In this document: positions 7,562 through 15,824 of the stretch, piece by piece
How positions within the stretch are numbered: position 1 is the stretch's first letter
How the letters are laid out: every line of letters begins with the position of its first letter
From: Candidatus Hadarchaeota archaeon
GTDB lineage: Archaea; Hadarchaeota; Hadarchaeia; Hadarchaeales; JAWBSP01
Direction: 5' to 3'
DNA length: 43,615 bases
NCBI GenBank assembly: GCA_964474885.1
Contig: CAYYWO010000009.1
Span: 1 to 43,615, forward strand
Translations under genes and position numbers: made by a program
Notes under the pieces: generated by a model
The model's database searches: none
Told to the model about the DNA's origin: nothing
What the model saw: the letters and a program-made list of their open reading frames with translations, nothing else

Positions 7562-9682
7562 TCAATCACCCTCAAAAGCAGATGGGTCGAGAATCCTAAC
7601 TTGGGACACCCCACCCTCCTTATACACGCCCACTAGGCGGTTGGCAGCCTCCATAACGGGTGTCCTGAAAGAGACAACGATGAGCTGCGAGTTCCTAGAG
7701 TACTCTTTCAAAAGCTCCGCAACCCTCCTGACGTTTATGGGGTCCAGGCTTGCATCCACCTCGTCAAACACATAAAGAGCGGATGGTTTGACCTGCTGCA
7801 GGGCAAAGATGAAGGACAATACAACCAAGGCCTTCTCCCCACCCGATATGCTGAAGACATCCCTCATGAGCCCGCCCTTAACAAACCTCGCCCTCATCTC
7901 CAGGCCTCCTTCAAACGGATTCTCGGGATTCTGGAGTATGAGCTTTGCTTCTCCCTCGGGTTGCAAGCGTTGGAAAATCTCAGAAAAAGCTCTGCTTATG
8001 CGGTGGAAGAGATTCATAAAGACTTCCTTTTTCTTCTGCTCGATCTCTTGGATGGCTCGCTCGATCCTTTCCTTCTCCTTTTGTTGCTTCTGATACTTCT
8101 GACTCAGTTTTTCGTACTCTGCCCTGCAGGATCTGTAGGATTGCCTCGCCTTAAAGTTAATCTCGCCCAACCTATCCTGTTCCAGTTTCAATTTCCGCAA
8201 CTTGGACTCGATCTGGCTGGGGGTTATCCCCCGAGGGATGTTCGCCCTCTTCAGGTTTTTGATCCTCTCCTCCAGTCTCCCTTTTTCCTCACGCAAGCTT
8301 GCTATTCTCAAATCAAGCTGCGCACGCTGTTGTTGCAAGCGACTGTGTAGGCTCTCCAGTCCCCTTATCTTGTTTCCCAGTGTTTCTCTCAGGCTCTCTA
8401 TCTGCTTAAGTCTGCGTCTCCCTTCCTTGACTTTCTTCCGAACCCTCTGGAACTGCTCCTCCTTTTGCTTCAGCTGCCGGCGGAGCTCCTCGATTCTGGA
8501 GTTGACCTCGCTCAGTTCTACAGCTGTTGTCGAGGGCGCTGGCAAGGGGGATGCGCACAAGAGCTCCTCTATCTCACGCAGAACATGTTCTATTTTTTTC
8601 AGAACCTTCATGGCTACCCTCGGATCGGCTGGCTTCAGTTCCGCACGCAGGCGTCTGAACTTGGAGAGAAGCTCCTGAAATCGAACCCATCTGCCTTCAG
8701 CCTCCCTAAGGCGCGCTTGCAATCTTTTTCCCCTGTCCAGCTCATCCTGCAGTTGCCTGCTAAGCATGTCGAGCTTCCCTTTCAGTGTATAGAAGTTCTC
8801 TAGTCCAAGCGACTTTTGTTGCTCCGAGATCAGACGCTCAAGCCTATCCCGTTCTCTCTTGAGCTTGGATTTCTTGTTTTCAACCGAGGCGATCTTCGAC
8901 TCCAGTTCTCTCTTCTCTTTTTGAAGCTTGCCCAGCTGGGATGCTATCGTTCTGAGACTGAGCTGGCACTTCCTGTACTCAAGACCCGATTTCCAGCTTT
9001 CCAGCTTTGAAATCTCTCTCTGCAGACTTTCATACCTCTCTATCTTCTGCAGGTCCTCCTCCAATTCGTGAAGTCTCTTTTCCACCTGCTCCAGCTGGAC
9101 CCTCTGAAGTTGGAGATTCGATTCCACTTTCTTCAGCTCTTCCACCGCCTTGGCTTTCTTCTCGTCGAACTCGGAAACCCCGGCTATCTCGTCTATCAGT
9201 TGCCGGCGCTCGATGGGACTCATAGCTGCCAAGCTGCTGACCTCACCCTGGAGGATGAAACTGTAATCGCCCAAGGAGAACTGGCTCGATGCTAAGAGAT
9301 CCAGCACTTCCTGCCTGCTCACTCTCTTTCCATTGATCAGGTATATACATCTGCCATCCCTGTCCAATTTCCTCGCGATTATCACTTCCTTGTCTGGGAG
9401 CGGCAGGCCGCGATCTGAGTTATCTAGGGTAAGTGCAACCTCTGCTGAACTGGCAGGCTTAAATCCGTTCCCTCCCGAGAAGAGCAGATCCGAGAAGCGC
9501 TCCGCCCGCATGTACTTCGCGCTCATTTCCCCGATGACAAAAAGCAATGCCTCAATTATGGTGCTCTTCCCGGATCCGTTCTTACCGACTATACAGGTGA
9601 ACCTTGGATCGAACGAGACTGAGGTTTTAAAATTACCGAAAGACTTGAAGCCCCTGAGCTCTAACTTTTTTACGTGAACCAC
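7562..9682 (-). CDS. smc: Smc ATPase, unusually short (706 aa), no recognisable hinge
   Basis: GFKSF, Walker A GKNGSGKS, R-loop, Q-loop ILQG, joint LGEINFKA, signature ISGGEK, Walker B/D-loop FDEVDASLD; first gene of smc-scpA-scpB. Confidence 0.9.
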   Translation of the reverse strand: MVHVKKLELRGFKSFGNFKTSVSFDPRFTCIVGKNGSGKSTIIEALLFVIGEMSAKYMRAERFSDLLFSGGNGFKPASSAEVALTLDNSDRGLPLPDKEVIIARKLDRDGRCIYLINGKRVSRQEVLDLLASSQFSLGDYSFILQGEVSSLAAMSPIERRQLIDEIAGVSEFDEKKAKAVEELKKVESNLQLQRVQLEQVEKRLHELEEDLQKIERYESLQREISKLESWKSGLEYRKCQLSLRTIASQLGKLQKEKRELESKIASVENKKSKLKRERDRLERLISEQQKSLGLENFYTLKGKLDMLSRQLQDELDRGKRLQARLREAEGRWVRFQELLSKFRRLRAELKPADPRVAMKVLKKIEHVLREIEELLCASPLPAPSTTAVELSEVNSRIEELRRQLKQKEEQFQRVRKKVKEGRRRLKQIESLRETLGNKIRGLESLHSRLQQQRAQLDLRIASLREEKGRLEERIKNLKRANIPRGITPSQIESKLRKLKLEQDRLGEINFKARQSYRSCRAEYEKLSQKYQKQQKEKERIERAIQEIEQKKKEVFMNLFHRISRAFSEIFQRLQPEGEAKLILQNPENPFEGGLEMRARFVKGGLMRDVFSISGGEKALVVLSFIFALQQVKPSALYVFDEVDASLDPINVRRVAELLKEYSRNSQLIVVSFRTPVMEAANRLVGVYKEGGVSQVRILDPSAFEGD

Positions 9683-9753
9683 TCAGCACTCCTCCCCACC
9701 CCCGCCAGCTTACAATAATCAGTCATAATTCTAAAAACTTTTGCTTCAATCGA

Positions 9754-10548
9754 ATGATGCCTCTGGGAATCATAGGAGGATCTGGTCTTTACGAGCTGGA
9801 TCTGGAAAAACCCAGATGGAAGAAAATCCCAACCCCTTATGGGAAGGTGACCGCCCAGTTTGGATCCTGGTCTGGAAAAGATGTTGTTTTCCTACCCAGA
9901 CATGGAAGGGGTCATGCCGTTCCCCCTCACCGCGTGAACTACCGCGCTAACATATGGGGTCTCTGGAAAGAGGGGGTGAACAGGATCCTAGCGGTAGGAG
10001 CCTGCGGCTCCATGGACCAAAGAATAAAACCGGGTCACCTAGTCCTCTTCGGGCAATTTTTGGATTTTACAAAGTCTAGACCATCGACTTTTTTCGAGGG
10101 CGGAAAACGGGGGGTCCTGCATACAGACGTGACCAAACCGTACTGTCCCGAGTTGGCCCGAATAATCCTCCAGGTTGCTAAGAGGATCGGGCTCCGCCTC
10201 CACCCTAACGTCACTTACGTCTGCACCGAAGGCCCGAGGTTCGAGACAGCTGCGGAAATCAGGGCTTTTCGCATGCTGGGCGGGCAGGTTGTTGGGATGA
10301 CTGGTGTACCCGAGTGCCCCCTGGCGAGAGAGCTGGGCATGTGCTACGCTGGAATAGGTGTGGTGACGAATATGGCGGCTGGCATCACCGAAAGGAGGCT
10401 GAGTCACGAGGAAGTCCTAGATCTGGTTTCCAAGCTGAAGGATCGAATTCAGTTGCTACTGAAGTCATGTGTTGAGGAAATCCCTGAGGATAGAACCTGC
10501 AGTTGCCAACTGACTTCCCAGCCTATTCACTCGAAGAGCTCCTCGTAA
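9754..10548 (+). CDS. MTAP/PNP-family nucleoside phosphorylase, probably 6-oxopurine/methylthioinosine-specific
   Basis: GIIGGSG, PRHG.GH..PPH.VNYRANI, EGPRFET.AE, VGMT..PE; has VTNMAAG (Asn) rather than the VTDYD of MTA-specific enzymes. Confidence 0.85.
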   Translation: MMPLGIIGGSGLYELDLEKPRWKKIPTPYGKVTAQFGSWSGKDVVFLPRHGRGHAVPPHRVNYRANIWGLWKEGVNRILAVGACGSMDQRIKPGHLVLFGQFLDFTKSRPSTFFEGGKRGVLHTDVTKPYCPELARIILQVAKRIGLRLHPNVTYVCTEGPRFETAAEIRAFRMLGGQVVGMTGVPECPLARELGMCYAGIGVVTNMAAGITERRLSHEEVLDLVSKLKDRIQLLLKSCVEEIPEDRTCSCQLTSQPIHSKSSS

Positions 10549-10775
10549 TACTCTATGGGCTCCGTTTCCAAAACCTCTACTTTTTCCTTCCTCTTTCTCT
10601 TAGGAGGAACCACTACCGGAACCTCCTTGGATTTGCCTCCTTCCTCAGCTACCTTGTAAGATTTTGTCTTCCCTCTGAGATTGAAGGTTCTTCCACAAGA
10701 CTGGCACTTCAATTTTAGTTTACCCTTTATCTTTTGAGGCAACAGCATTCCTCCGCACTTTGGGCAAAACTCCAT
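10527..10775 (-). CDS. TFS/RpoM-like protein with only the N-terminal Zn ribbon and an acidic tail (TFS2-like)
   Basis: MEFCPKCGGMLLP...CQSCG; ends IEYYEELFE with no second Zn ribbon or QTRSADE motif; TTTTTAAGTA TATA-like box 21-30 nt upstream. Confidence 0.75.
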   Translation of the reverse strand: MEFCPKCGGMLLPQKIKGKLKLKCQSCGRTFNLRGKTKSYKVAEEGGKSKEVPVVVPPKRKRKEKVEVLETEPIEYYEELFE

Positions 10776-10852
10776 AGCCGTTCTTCTAACAAGAGTACTT
10801 AAAAAGTTTTCGGTAATCACGAGTTTGTAAATAGATCGCTAATTTAACTCTT

Positions 10853-10943
10853 GGAGGCGTGCCCGCGGTGATGGTTCAAACAACTCACAGGAGGTGATGA
10901 ACCATGGTCTCCCCCCGGATACTGAAAGGTTAAGCGCGCCTCC
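10853..10943 (+). ncRNA. Candidate structured RNA / leader element
   Basis: Outer stem GGAGGCGUGC/GCGCGCCUCC and inner stem AUGGUUCA/UGAACCAU enclosing GGAGGUGAU; TTTGTAAATA at 10824-10833 upstream. Confidence 0.3.
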
Positions 10944-11427
10944 CGAAATGGACAATGCGAGGCAAGTATAAAACCGCCGCTCTAAGAGTTGCGCAAGTTG
11001 CCGCTCCCTTGGGATGCTCGAAGCGCGGGTTTTGGTAGGCGTCAGATCCTCTAGCAGTTCAAGCGAAATCACCGTCTTTATCGCAAGCGCGGGTTGGGGA
11101 AGCCGTTCTCGGCGAAATTGAGAAAAACGCCACGGTGCCCACACCCGCTGCCCGCCGTATACAACCTGCGCACTCTCATGCGCGTTTGCGCGATGGAGAA
11201 GAATGAACATTATTTTTTCATCCCTGATTTATTCGACAAACTCGCGTACGGGAACAAGGTTTGCTTTGGAACCGTTTTATATGTTTCATCATGATTCCGC
11301 TCAGTTCCAGCTTCTGACATCGATTGGGATTCGGTGCTAAAACCGCAATCCTCCTTGCTTAGGAACAGTAGAACGCTAAATACGTATCACTAAATCAAGC
11401 AAAGAATTCATTACAAAGGTGAACTGA

Positions 11428-11658
11428 CTATTTCAAAAGCCGCTTTATCTCTTCCACAGTCGGAACCCTTCCTGCCACCTTGACCTTTCCGTCCACCACA
11501 AGTGCGGGCGTTGAAACTATTCCTCTCCTTGCTATTTCGAGGGCGTCGTATACGTGCAACACTTCTGCCTTTATTCCCAGCTCCTTCACTGCCTTTCTGG
11601 CATTCTCTTCCATTTTCCTACACTTGGGGCAACCTGTTCCCAACACCTCTATTTTCAT
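11428..11658 (-). CDS. Small thioredoxin-like redox protein (MTH895/ArsE-like)
   Basis: MKIEVLGTGCPKC, TPALVVDG..KVAGRVP; last gene of permease-ArsR operon. Confidence 0.9.
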   Translation of the reverse strand: MKIEVLGTGCPKCRKMEENARKAVKELGIKAEVLHVYDALEIARRGIVSTPALVVDGKVKVAGRVPTVEEIKRLLK

Positions 11659-12029
11659 GTTCTCACCTCCGGTCTGTACTTTTTAAAATGTTTGACTATG
11701 CTCTTCCCAAGGGGGGTGAGAGAATATATGAAGTAATTCCCCAAACGCTCGGAGTGCACGAGGCCACCCTTCTTGAGTTTGGAAAGATGGTATGAGCATC
11801 TAGAATAAGAGCTCCCAATCACTTTCTTCAACATGCAGACGCACATCCGTTGACGTTTCAATGCATAAAGGATCTTCACCCGCTGAGGGTCCGAGAGAGT
11901 GTTCATAACTTTGGCCACTATCCTTATCTCCTCTCGAGGGAGCTCTTTGATGATTCGCTCAAACCCTCCTTTTTCCTCGACTTCCATCCGGATTTCTTCA
12001 GGAATCTCGAATCTCTTTTTCACTCCCAT
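11655..12029 (-). CDS. ArsR/SmtB-family metalloregulator
   Basis: LSDPQRVKIL, MCVC metal motif, SYHLSKLKKGGLV..ERLG. Confidence 0.9.
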   Translation of the reverse strand: MGVKKRFEIPEEIRMEVEEKGGFERIIKELPREEIRIVAKVMNTLSDPQRVKILYALKRQRMCVCMLKKVIGSSYSRCSYHLSKLKKGGLVHSERLGNYFIYSLTPLGKSIVKHFKKYRPEVRT

Positions 12030-12030
12030 C

Positions 12031-13044
12031 TTACAACCCCATTCCCAGTGCTAGGTAACACAAACCGGACATTATCGCCACGATCACCGCAAGAAACGCA
12101 TACGTACCGACGACTCTCCATCCCACGATACGTGAAACCCCTAGCATAGAGGGAATGGAGGCCATGGGAGCACCTATCAGGAAAGCTAGAGCGGCAGCAG
12201 GAGTCATCCCTAAATCCAAGAGGGACTTGACAAAAAATACCTCTACTAGTGTGGGCGTGTAGGTGGGAACCCCCAAGGTACCTCCCAGCAGTACTCCTTT
12301 GGTTCCAGTGAGCCATCTCGCCACTACATCCTCAGGGAGGTAAGCCTCAATGTAGGAGACGAAGAACACCCCTGCCAACAAATAAGGAATGACTCGCTTA
12401 GTGAGATCCCAAGCCACCTTTCCTGCTTCCCAGCACTTCTCCTCGAACCCCATTCGTCCGATTTCCACTGCGCGCTCGGAGGCCGTTTTTCCGAACTTTT
12501 CCTCTATACTTCGACCCCACGGGGTTCGGGCCACCGCTGCTCCGATAATGATCGCACCAATGAACGAGAATATCAATCTTGCGAGTGCGAGCTTAGCGGA
12601 TATTATCTCAAAAGTAAAGATTAGCGCCATGACGTTCGCAGCAGGTGCCATCAGTAAGAAAGATATTGCAGGACCTATGCCCGCTCCCGCCATCATTATC
12701 CCACCGAAGATTGGTATCATTGCACACGAACAAACGGTAAACACGGGTGCCAAAGCTGCAGCGAGAAAATAGTTCTTTGTTTTTTTGCTCGAGAAATGCT
12801 GCATCATTTTCTCTTTCGGGATGAAGGCTGAGAAGAATCCTCCGAGCATGAAAGCAAAAAGCAATGCTCCCCACGCACGAGTCATGTAGCTGAAGGTGTA
12901 AACAAGAGGAACTTCCCACACAGAATAGTTGTCTAGGTCTTCATACACGAAGGTTGGTGTTAGGGTGGAGCCGGTAACTTTGGGGTACACGATGATGATA
13001 AGTCCGAGAAGCAACAGACCTATTGTCAAGAGCGATTTCTTCAT
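12031..13044 (-). CDS. ArsP/DUF318-family permease
   Basis: TVCSCAMIP motif, FLLMAP, multiple TM helices; typical permease-ArsR-thioredoxin cluster. Confidence 0.85.
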   Translation of the reverse strand: MKKSLLTIGLLLLGLIIIVYPKVTGSTLTPTFVYEDLDNYSVWEVPLVYTFSYMTRAWGALLFAFMLGGFFSAFIPKEKMMQHFSSKKTKNYFLAAALAPVFTVCSCAMIPIFGGIMMAGAGIGPAISFLLMAPAANVMALIFTFEIISAKLALARLIFSFIGAIIIGAAVARTPWGRSIEEKFGKTASERAVEIGRMGFEEKCWEAGKVAWDLTKRVIPYLLAGVFFVSYIEAYLPEDVVARWLTGTKGVLLGGTLGVPTYTPTLVEVFFVKSLLDLGMTPAAALAFLIGAPMASIPSMLGVSRIVGWRVVGTYAFLAVIVAIMSGLCYLALGMGL

Positions 13045-13047
13045 TTA

Positions 13048-13073
13048 TTCAAAAAATTTTTGAAATACTTAAA
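13048..13073 (-). promoter_or_regulatory. Promoter and palindromic operator of the ars-like operon
   Basis: TTCAAAAA-A-TTTTTGAA perfect dyad (13048-13064) lies between a minus-strand TTTAAGTA TATA box (13066-13073) and ATG 13044. Confidence 0.6.
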
Positions 13074-14202
13074 TCTCTTGGGGTGGAGGTAATCGTAACG
13101 GTTTGCCCCCCAAGCATATCTGCCAGAGGTTCATCGCGGTGGCGCGATTGAGGATCGTCGCCACGGGGCTAAGGGTGCCCTTAAGGTTTCCGCCCCGAAG
13201 CACGAGAAAAGTTGCGGCTGAGCCCTCCTCCAGTGCACCCCACTCCGCGTGAAAAAACTGAGCCGGGTGAACCGTGGCAGAGAGGAGGATTCTCTTCGCC
13301 TCATCCTCTCCTGCCCGGGGGTCCGAGCAACGCAGGATCCTCCAGGCAGCTGAAAGTTCCGAGAACATATCGGGATCGCATACCATGACGTTGTCCGTGC
13401 CGAGGAAAAAGCGGACATCTTCTTCGAGCGCCATGCGAAGAGGGGGAACGCCACAGCCTAGGAGCTGGTTGGCGCGGGGGCAAAAAACGAGCGGGATCCT
13501 CTTTCTCGCCAGTGTCCGGTAGTCCTCCCTAGTCGCCCAGATGCCATGCACCAAAAAGGATGGATCCAAGTCCAGTGCCCTCTGCACCTCGGTCTTCCCG
13601 GTTTCCCGCCTGGAGGCCTCCTCCGCCTCCCTGAGCTCGGCAACATGCATTGATATATGTTTGCCGGGCGGGAGCTTGAGGTGCCTGAACTTCTCCGCTG
13701 ATCCAACGTCTGCAAATCCCAAGCCGTCCGAAATTCTCACCACTTCATCAACCGGATCCCCGTCGGGCCTGCCCAGAACGATGGACTTCGGCCACCCCGA
13801 CTCAACGCCCCTTAGCAGCTCTATCCCTTCCACACCGCCCTCCCTGAAATCACAATGGGCCAGGGTCCCCGTTCTCAACATGTGCCTCTTCGCTCCCTGT
13901 ATAGCCCGCCTCACTTCTCCTTTAGGCAGCTCGCGGACTCTATGCTTCAGTCCTCCCTCCCCGACAACCTGGGGCTGACTTTTCCCCACGTATCCTTCCC
14001 CTAGGACCGCGTCCCCCAAGTGAGTGTGCGAGTTGAAGAACGGGGGGATCACAAAACCTCCCTTAACATCAATGCAGCTGCCCTTTTTCGGCGGCAGGCC
14101 TCTGTCTATCCTCCATATCTCCCCCTCCCGGATGATCACGTTTGCAAGTGCCGGCTCAAGCCCCTCCCCGACTAGGATCCTTGCGTTGCGCAGGATGTAC
14201 AT
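13069..14202 (-). CDS. Metal-dependent amidohydrolase/nucleoside deaminase family protein
   Basis: NSHTHLGD (HxH), HVAE, LVHG, CPRAN, LGTDN; start taken at MYILRNARIL. Confidence 0.85.
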   Translation of the reverse strand: MYILRNARILVGEGLEPALANVIIREGEIWRIDRGLPPKKGSCIDVKGGFVIPPFFNSHTHLGDAVLGEGYVGKSQPQVVGEGGLKHRVRELPKGEVRRAIQGAKRHMLRTGTLAHCDFREGGVEGIELLRGVESGWPKSIVLGRPDGDPVDEVVRISDGLGFADVGSAEKFRHLKLPPGKHISMHVAELREAEEASRRETGKTEVQRALDLDPSFLVHGIWATREDYRTLARKRIPLVFCPRANQLLGCGVPPLRMALEEDVRFFLGTDNVMVCDPDMFSELSAAWRILRCSDPRAGEDEAKRILLSATVHPAQFFHAEWGALEEGSAATFLVLRGGNLKGTLSPVATILNRATAMNLWQICLGGKPLRLPPPQEI

Positions 14203-14229
14203 ACTTTCTTGCAGCACGGAGTAAATTAT

Positions 14230-14814
14230 GTGAAACTCATCGTTTACCATCTCGGGGACTGCGATCCGAAGAGGTGCACTGGACTCAAGCTGCACAAACT
14301 GAGGAGCATCAGCTTGGCCCGGAATCCTAGGGAGCTCCCTCGGGGAGCCGTGCTACTGAACCCCTTCTCGAAGAAGGCCCTTTCCCCCGCTGACCGCGTA
14401 CGTGCAGAAACAAGAGGGCTGGTCGCACTGGATTGCTCCTGGAGGGGCATCCGTCTTCGCTCTTTTTCGCTTCCCATGAGGCATCGGTGCTTGCCTTACC
14501 TGATTGCCGCTAATCCCACTAACTATGGTAGGGCCACCATGCTCAGCACGGCTGAGGCCTTTGCCGCCGCCCTCTACATCTTTGGGATGAAACGTGAAGC
14601 CTCAGAGCTCCTCGCATGCTTCAAATGGGGGCCTGCCTTCCTAGAGCTGAACAGGCCCATGCTGGATCGGTACGCGGCATGCAGAACCTCCCAAGAGATC
14701 GTCGAGGTGCAAAAGACTTTTCTTGGAAGGTGTGAGTCACAGGATGAGGAGGAGGGAAGAAAGAGGACCACCAGCGGGCGCGGGTCTGATCCGCTACTTC
14801 ACGGAGGAGGGTGA
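14230..14814 (+). CDS. tsr3: 16S rRNA aminocarboxypropyltransferase Tsr3 (DUF367)
   Basis: CDPKRCTG.KL, LDCSW, R.LPYLIAANP.NYG, LSTAEA.AAAL, FKWGP.FL.LN; GTG start. Confidence 0.93.
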   Translation: MKLIVYHLGDCDPKRCTGLKLHKLRSISLARNPRELPRGAVLLNPFSKKALSPADRVRAETRGLVALDCSWRGIRLRSFSLPMRHRCLPYLIAANPTNYGRATMLSTAEAFAAALYIFGMKREASELLACFKWGPAFLELNRPMLDRYAACRTSQEIVEVQKTFLGRCESQDEEEGRKRTTSGRGSDPLLHGGG

Positions 14815-14917
14815 AGGGATCAAGATCCCCCCAAAGGCTGTTATCTACTTTTCCATCGCCTTCATAATCTTCGAGATCCTGCTCAGGTTTATCGGGCGAC
14901 CCCTGCTAGGCTTCTAG
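14744..14917 (+). CDS. secG: Preprotein translocase subunit Sec61beta
   Basis: GAGLIRYF.EE...KI.P followed by a C-terminal TM helix; overlaps the tsr3 3' end. Confidence 0.9.
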   Translation: MRRREERGPPAGAGLIRYFTEEGEGIKIPPKAVIYFSIAFIIFEILLRFIGRPLLGF

Positions 14918-15761
14918 CGAGCTGCTCGAGCCTCTCGATCCTTTTAGCAGTTGGCGGGTGGGTGGAGAACAGCTCCAAGAGGCCAACACCTCTGAACGGG
15001 TTCACTATGAAGAGGTGGGAGGTAGAGGGGTTCCCGCTGCTCATGGGGACCAAGTACACTGCCCTCTCAAGTTTTCTCAGGGCGTTTGCCAGGGCCAAAG
15101 GTTTCCCAGATATCCTGGCCCCTTCTTCATCGGCTCCGTACTCCCTCGTCCTTGAGATCGCCAGCCTTATCAGCAGGGCAGCTATCGGGACAAGCAGTAG
15201 TGCTAGGAACCAGAGCAGATCGGAGCCCTCCTCCCTCTCCCCAAACATGAGCTGGAACCTTCCGGCCAATGCCAAGTAGGATATCGCTGCCGCCAGCATG
15301 GCTGCCATGGTCCCGATCAGCATGTCTCTGTTCCTGATGTGGGCAAGCTCGTGCCCCAAGACCCCCTCCAGTTCTTCCTCACTGAAGAGCCTCAGCGCGC
15401 CCTCCGTGACCACCACGGCTGAGTTCTGCGGGCTCCTGCCCGTAGCGAAGGCGTTGGGGGTGGATAGGGGGGCGATCCCTACCTTGGGCTTGGGGAGCCC
15501 TGCTCTCTCAGCCAGGCGCGAAACTATCGAGTGCAATCTGGGGTGCTCTTGCTCGCTCACTACCCTCACTCTATACATCCGAAGGACCCAGCGGTCTGAG
15601 TACCAGTAGGAGAAGAAGTTCAGGGCAGCTGAGAGCACGAAGGCGAAGAGCAGGGCTGTCGAGAAGCTGACGCCTGTCAGAGCGGAGAATATCCCAGCCA
15701 CTGCCGCGAAGAGCATGCTGAGCACGAAAAACATGCCGAAGGTCTTCAGGATCAGACCCAT
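14889..15761 (-). CDS. htpX: Zinc metalloprotease HtpX (M48)
   Basis: PNAFATGR, GVLGHELAH, SRTREYGAD, FSTHPP...RI. Confidence 0.95.
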   Translation of the reverse strand: MGLILKTFGMFFVLSMLFAAVAGIFSALTGVSFSTALLFAFVLSAALNFFSYWYSDRWVLRMYRVRVVSEQEHPRLHSIVSRLAERAGLPKPKVGIAPLSTPNAFATGRSPQNSAVVVTEGALRLFSEEELEGVLGHELAHIRNRDMLIGTMAAMLAAAISYLALAGRFQLMFGEREEGSDLLWFLALLLVPIAALLIRLAISRTREYGADEEGARISGKPLALANALRKLERAVYLVPMSSGNPSTSHLFIVNPFRGVGLLELFSTHPPTAKRIERLEQLARSLAGVAR

Positions 15762-15824
15762 GTTTATCCTTCCCCCTCACCCCCTAAAAGTCTTCACTTA
15801 TTCTCCGAGACAAAACAAAATTCA

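Noticed and set aside
10866-10905. Fluoride (crcB) riboswitch, hammerhead or canonical C/D guide identity for the structured element
   Set aside because: GGTGATGG...TGATGAACC is reminiscent, but crcB P1 spacing, the CUGAUGA hammerhead core and 12-nt C/D guide spacing do not fit
10950-11400. Possible arsC remnant or ORFs 10839-11210 and 11094-11294 downstream of the ars-like operon
   Set aside because: No CX5R motif or other convincing similarity; left unannotated
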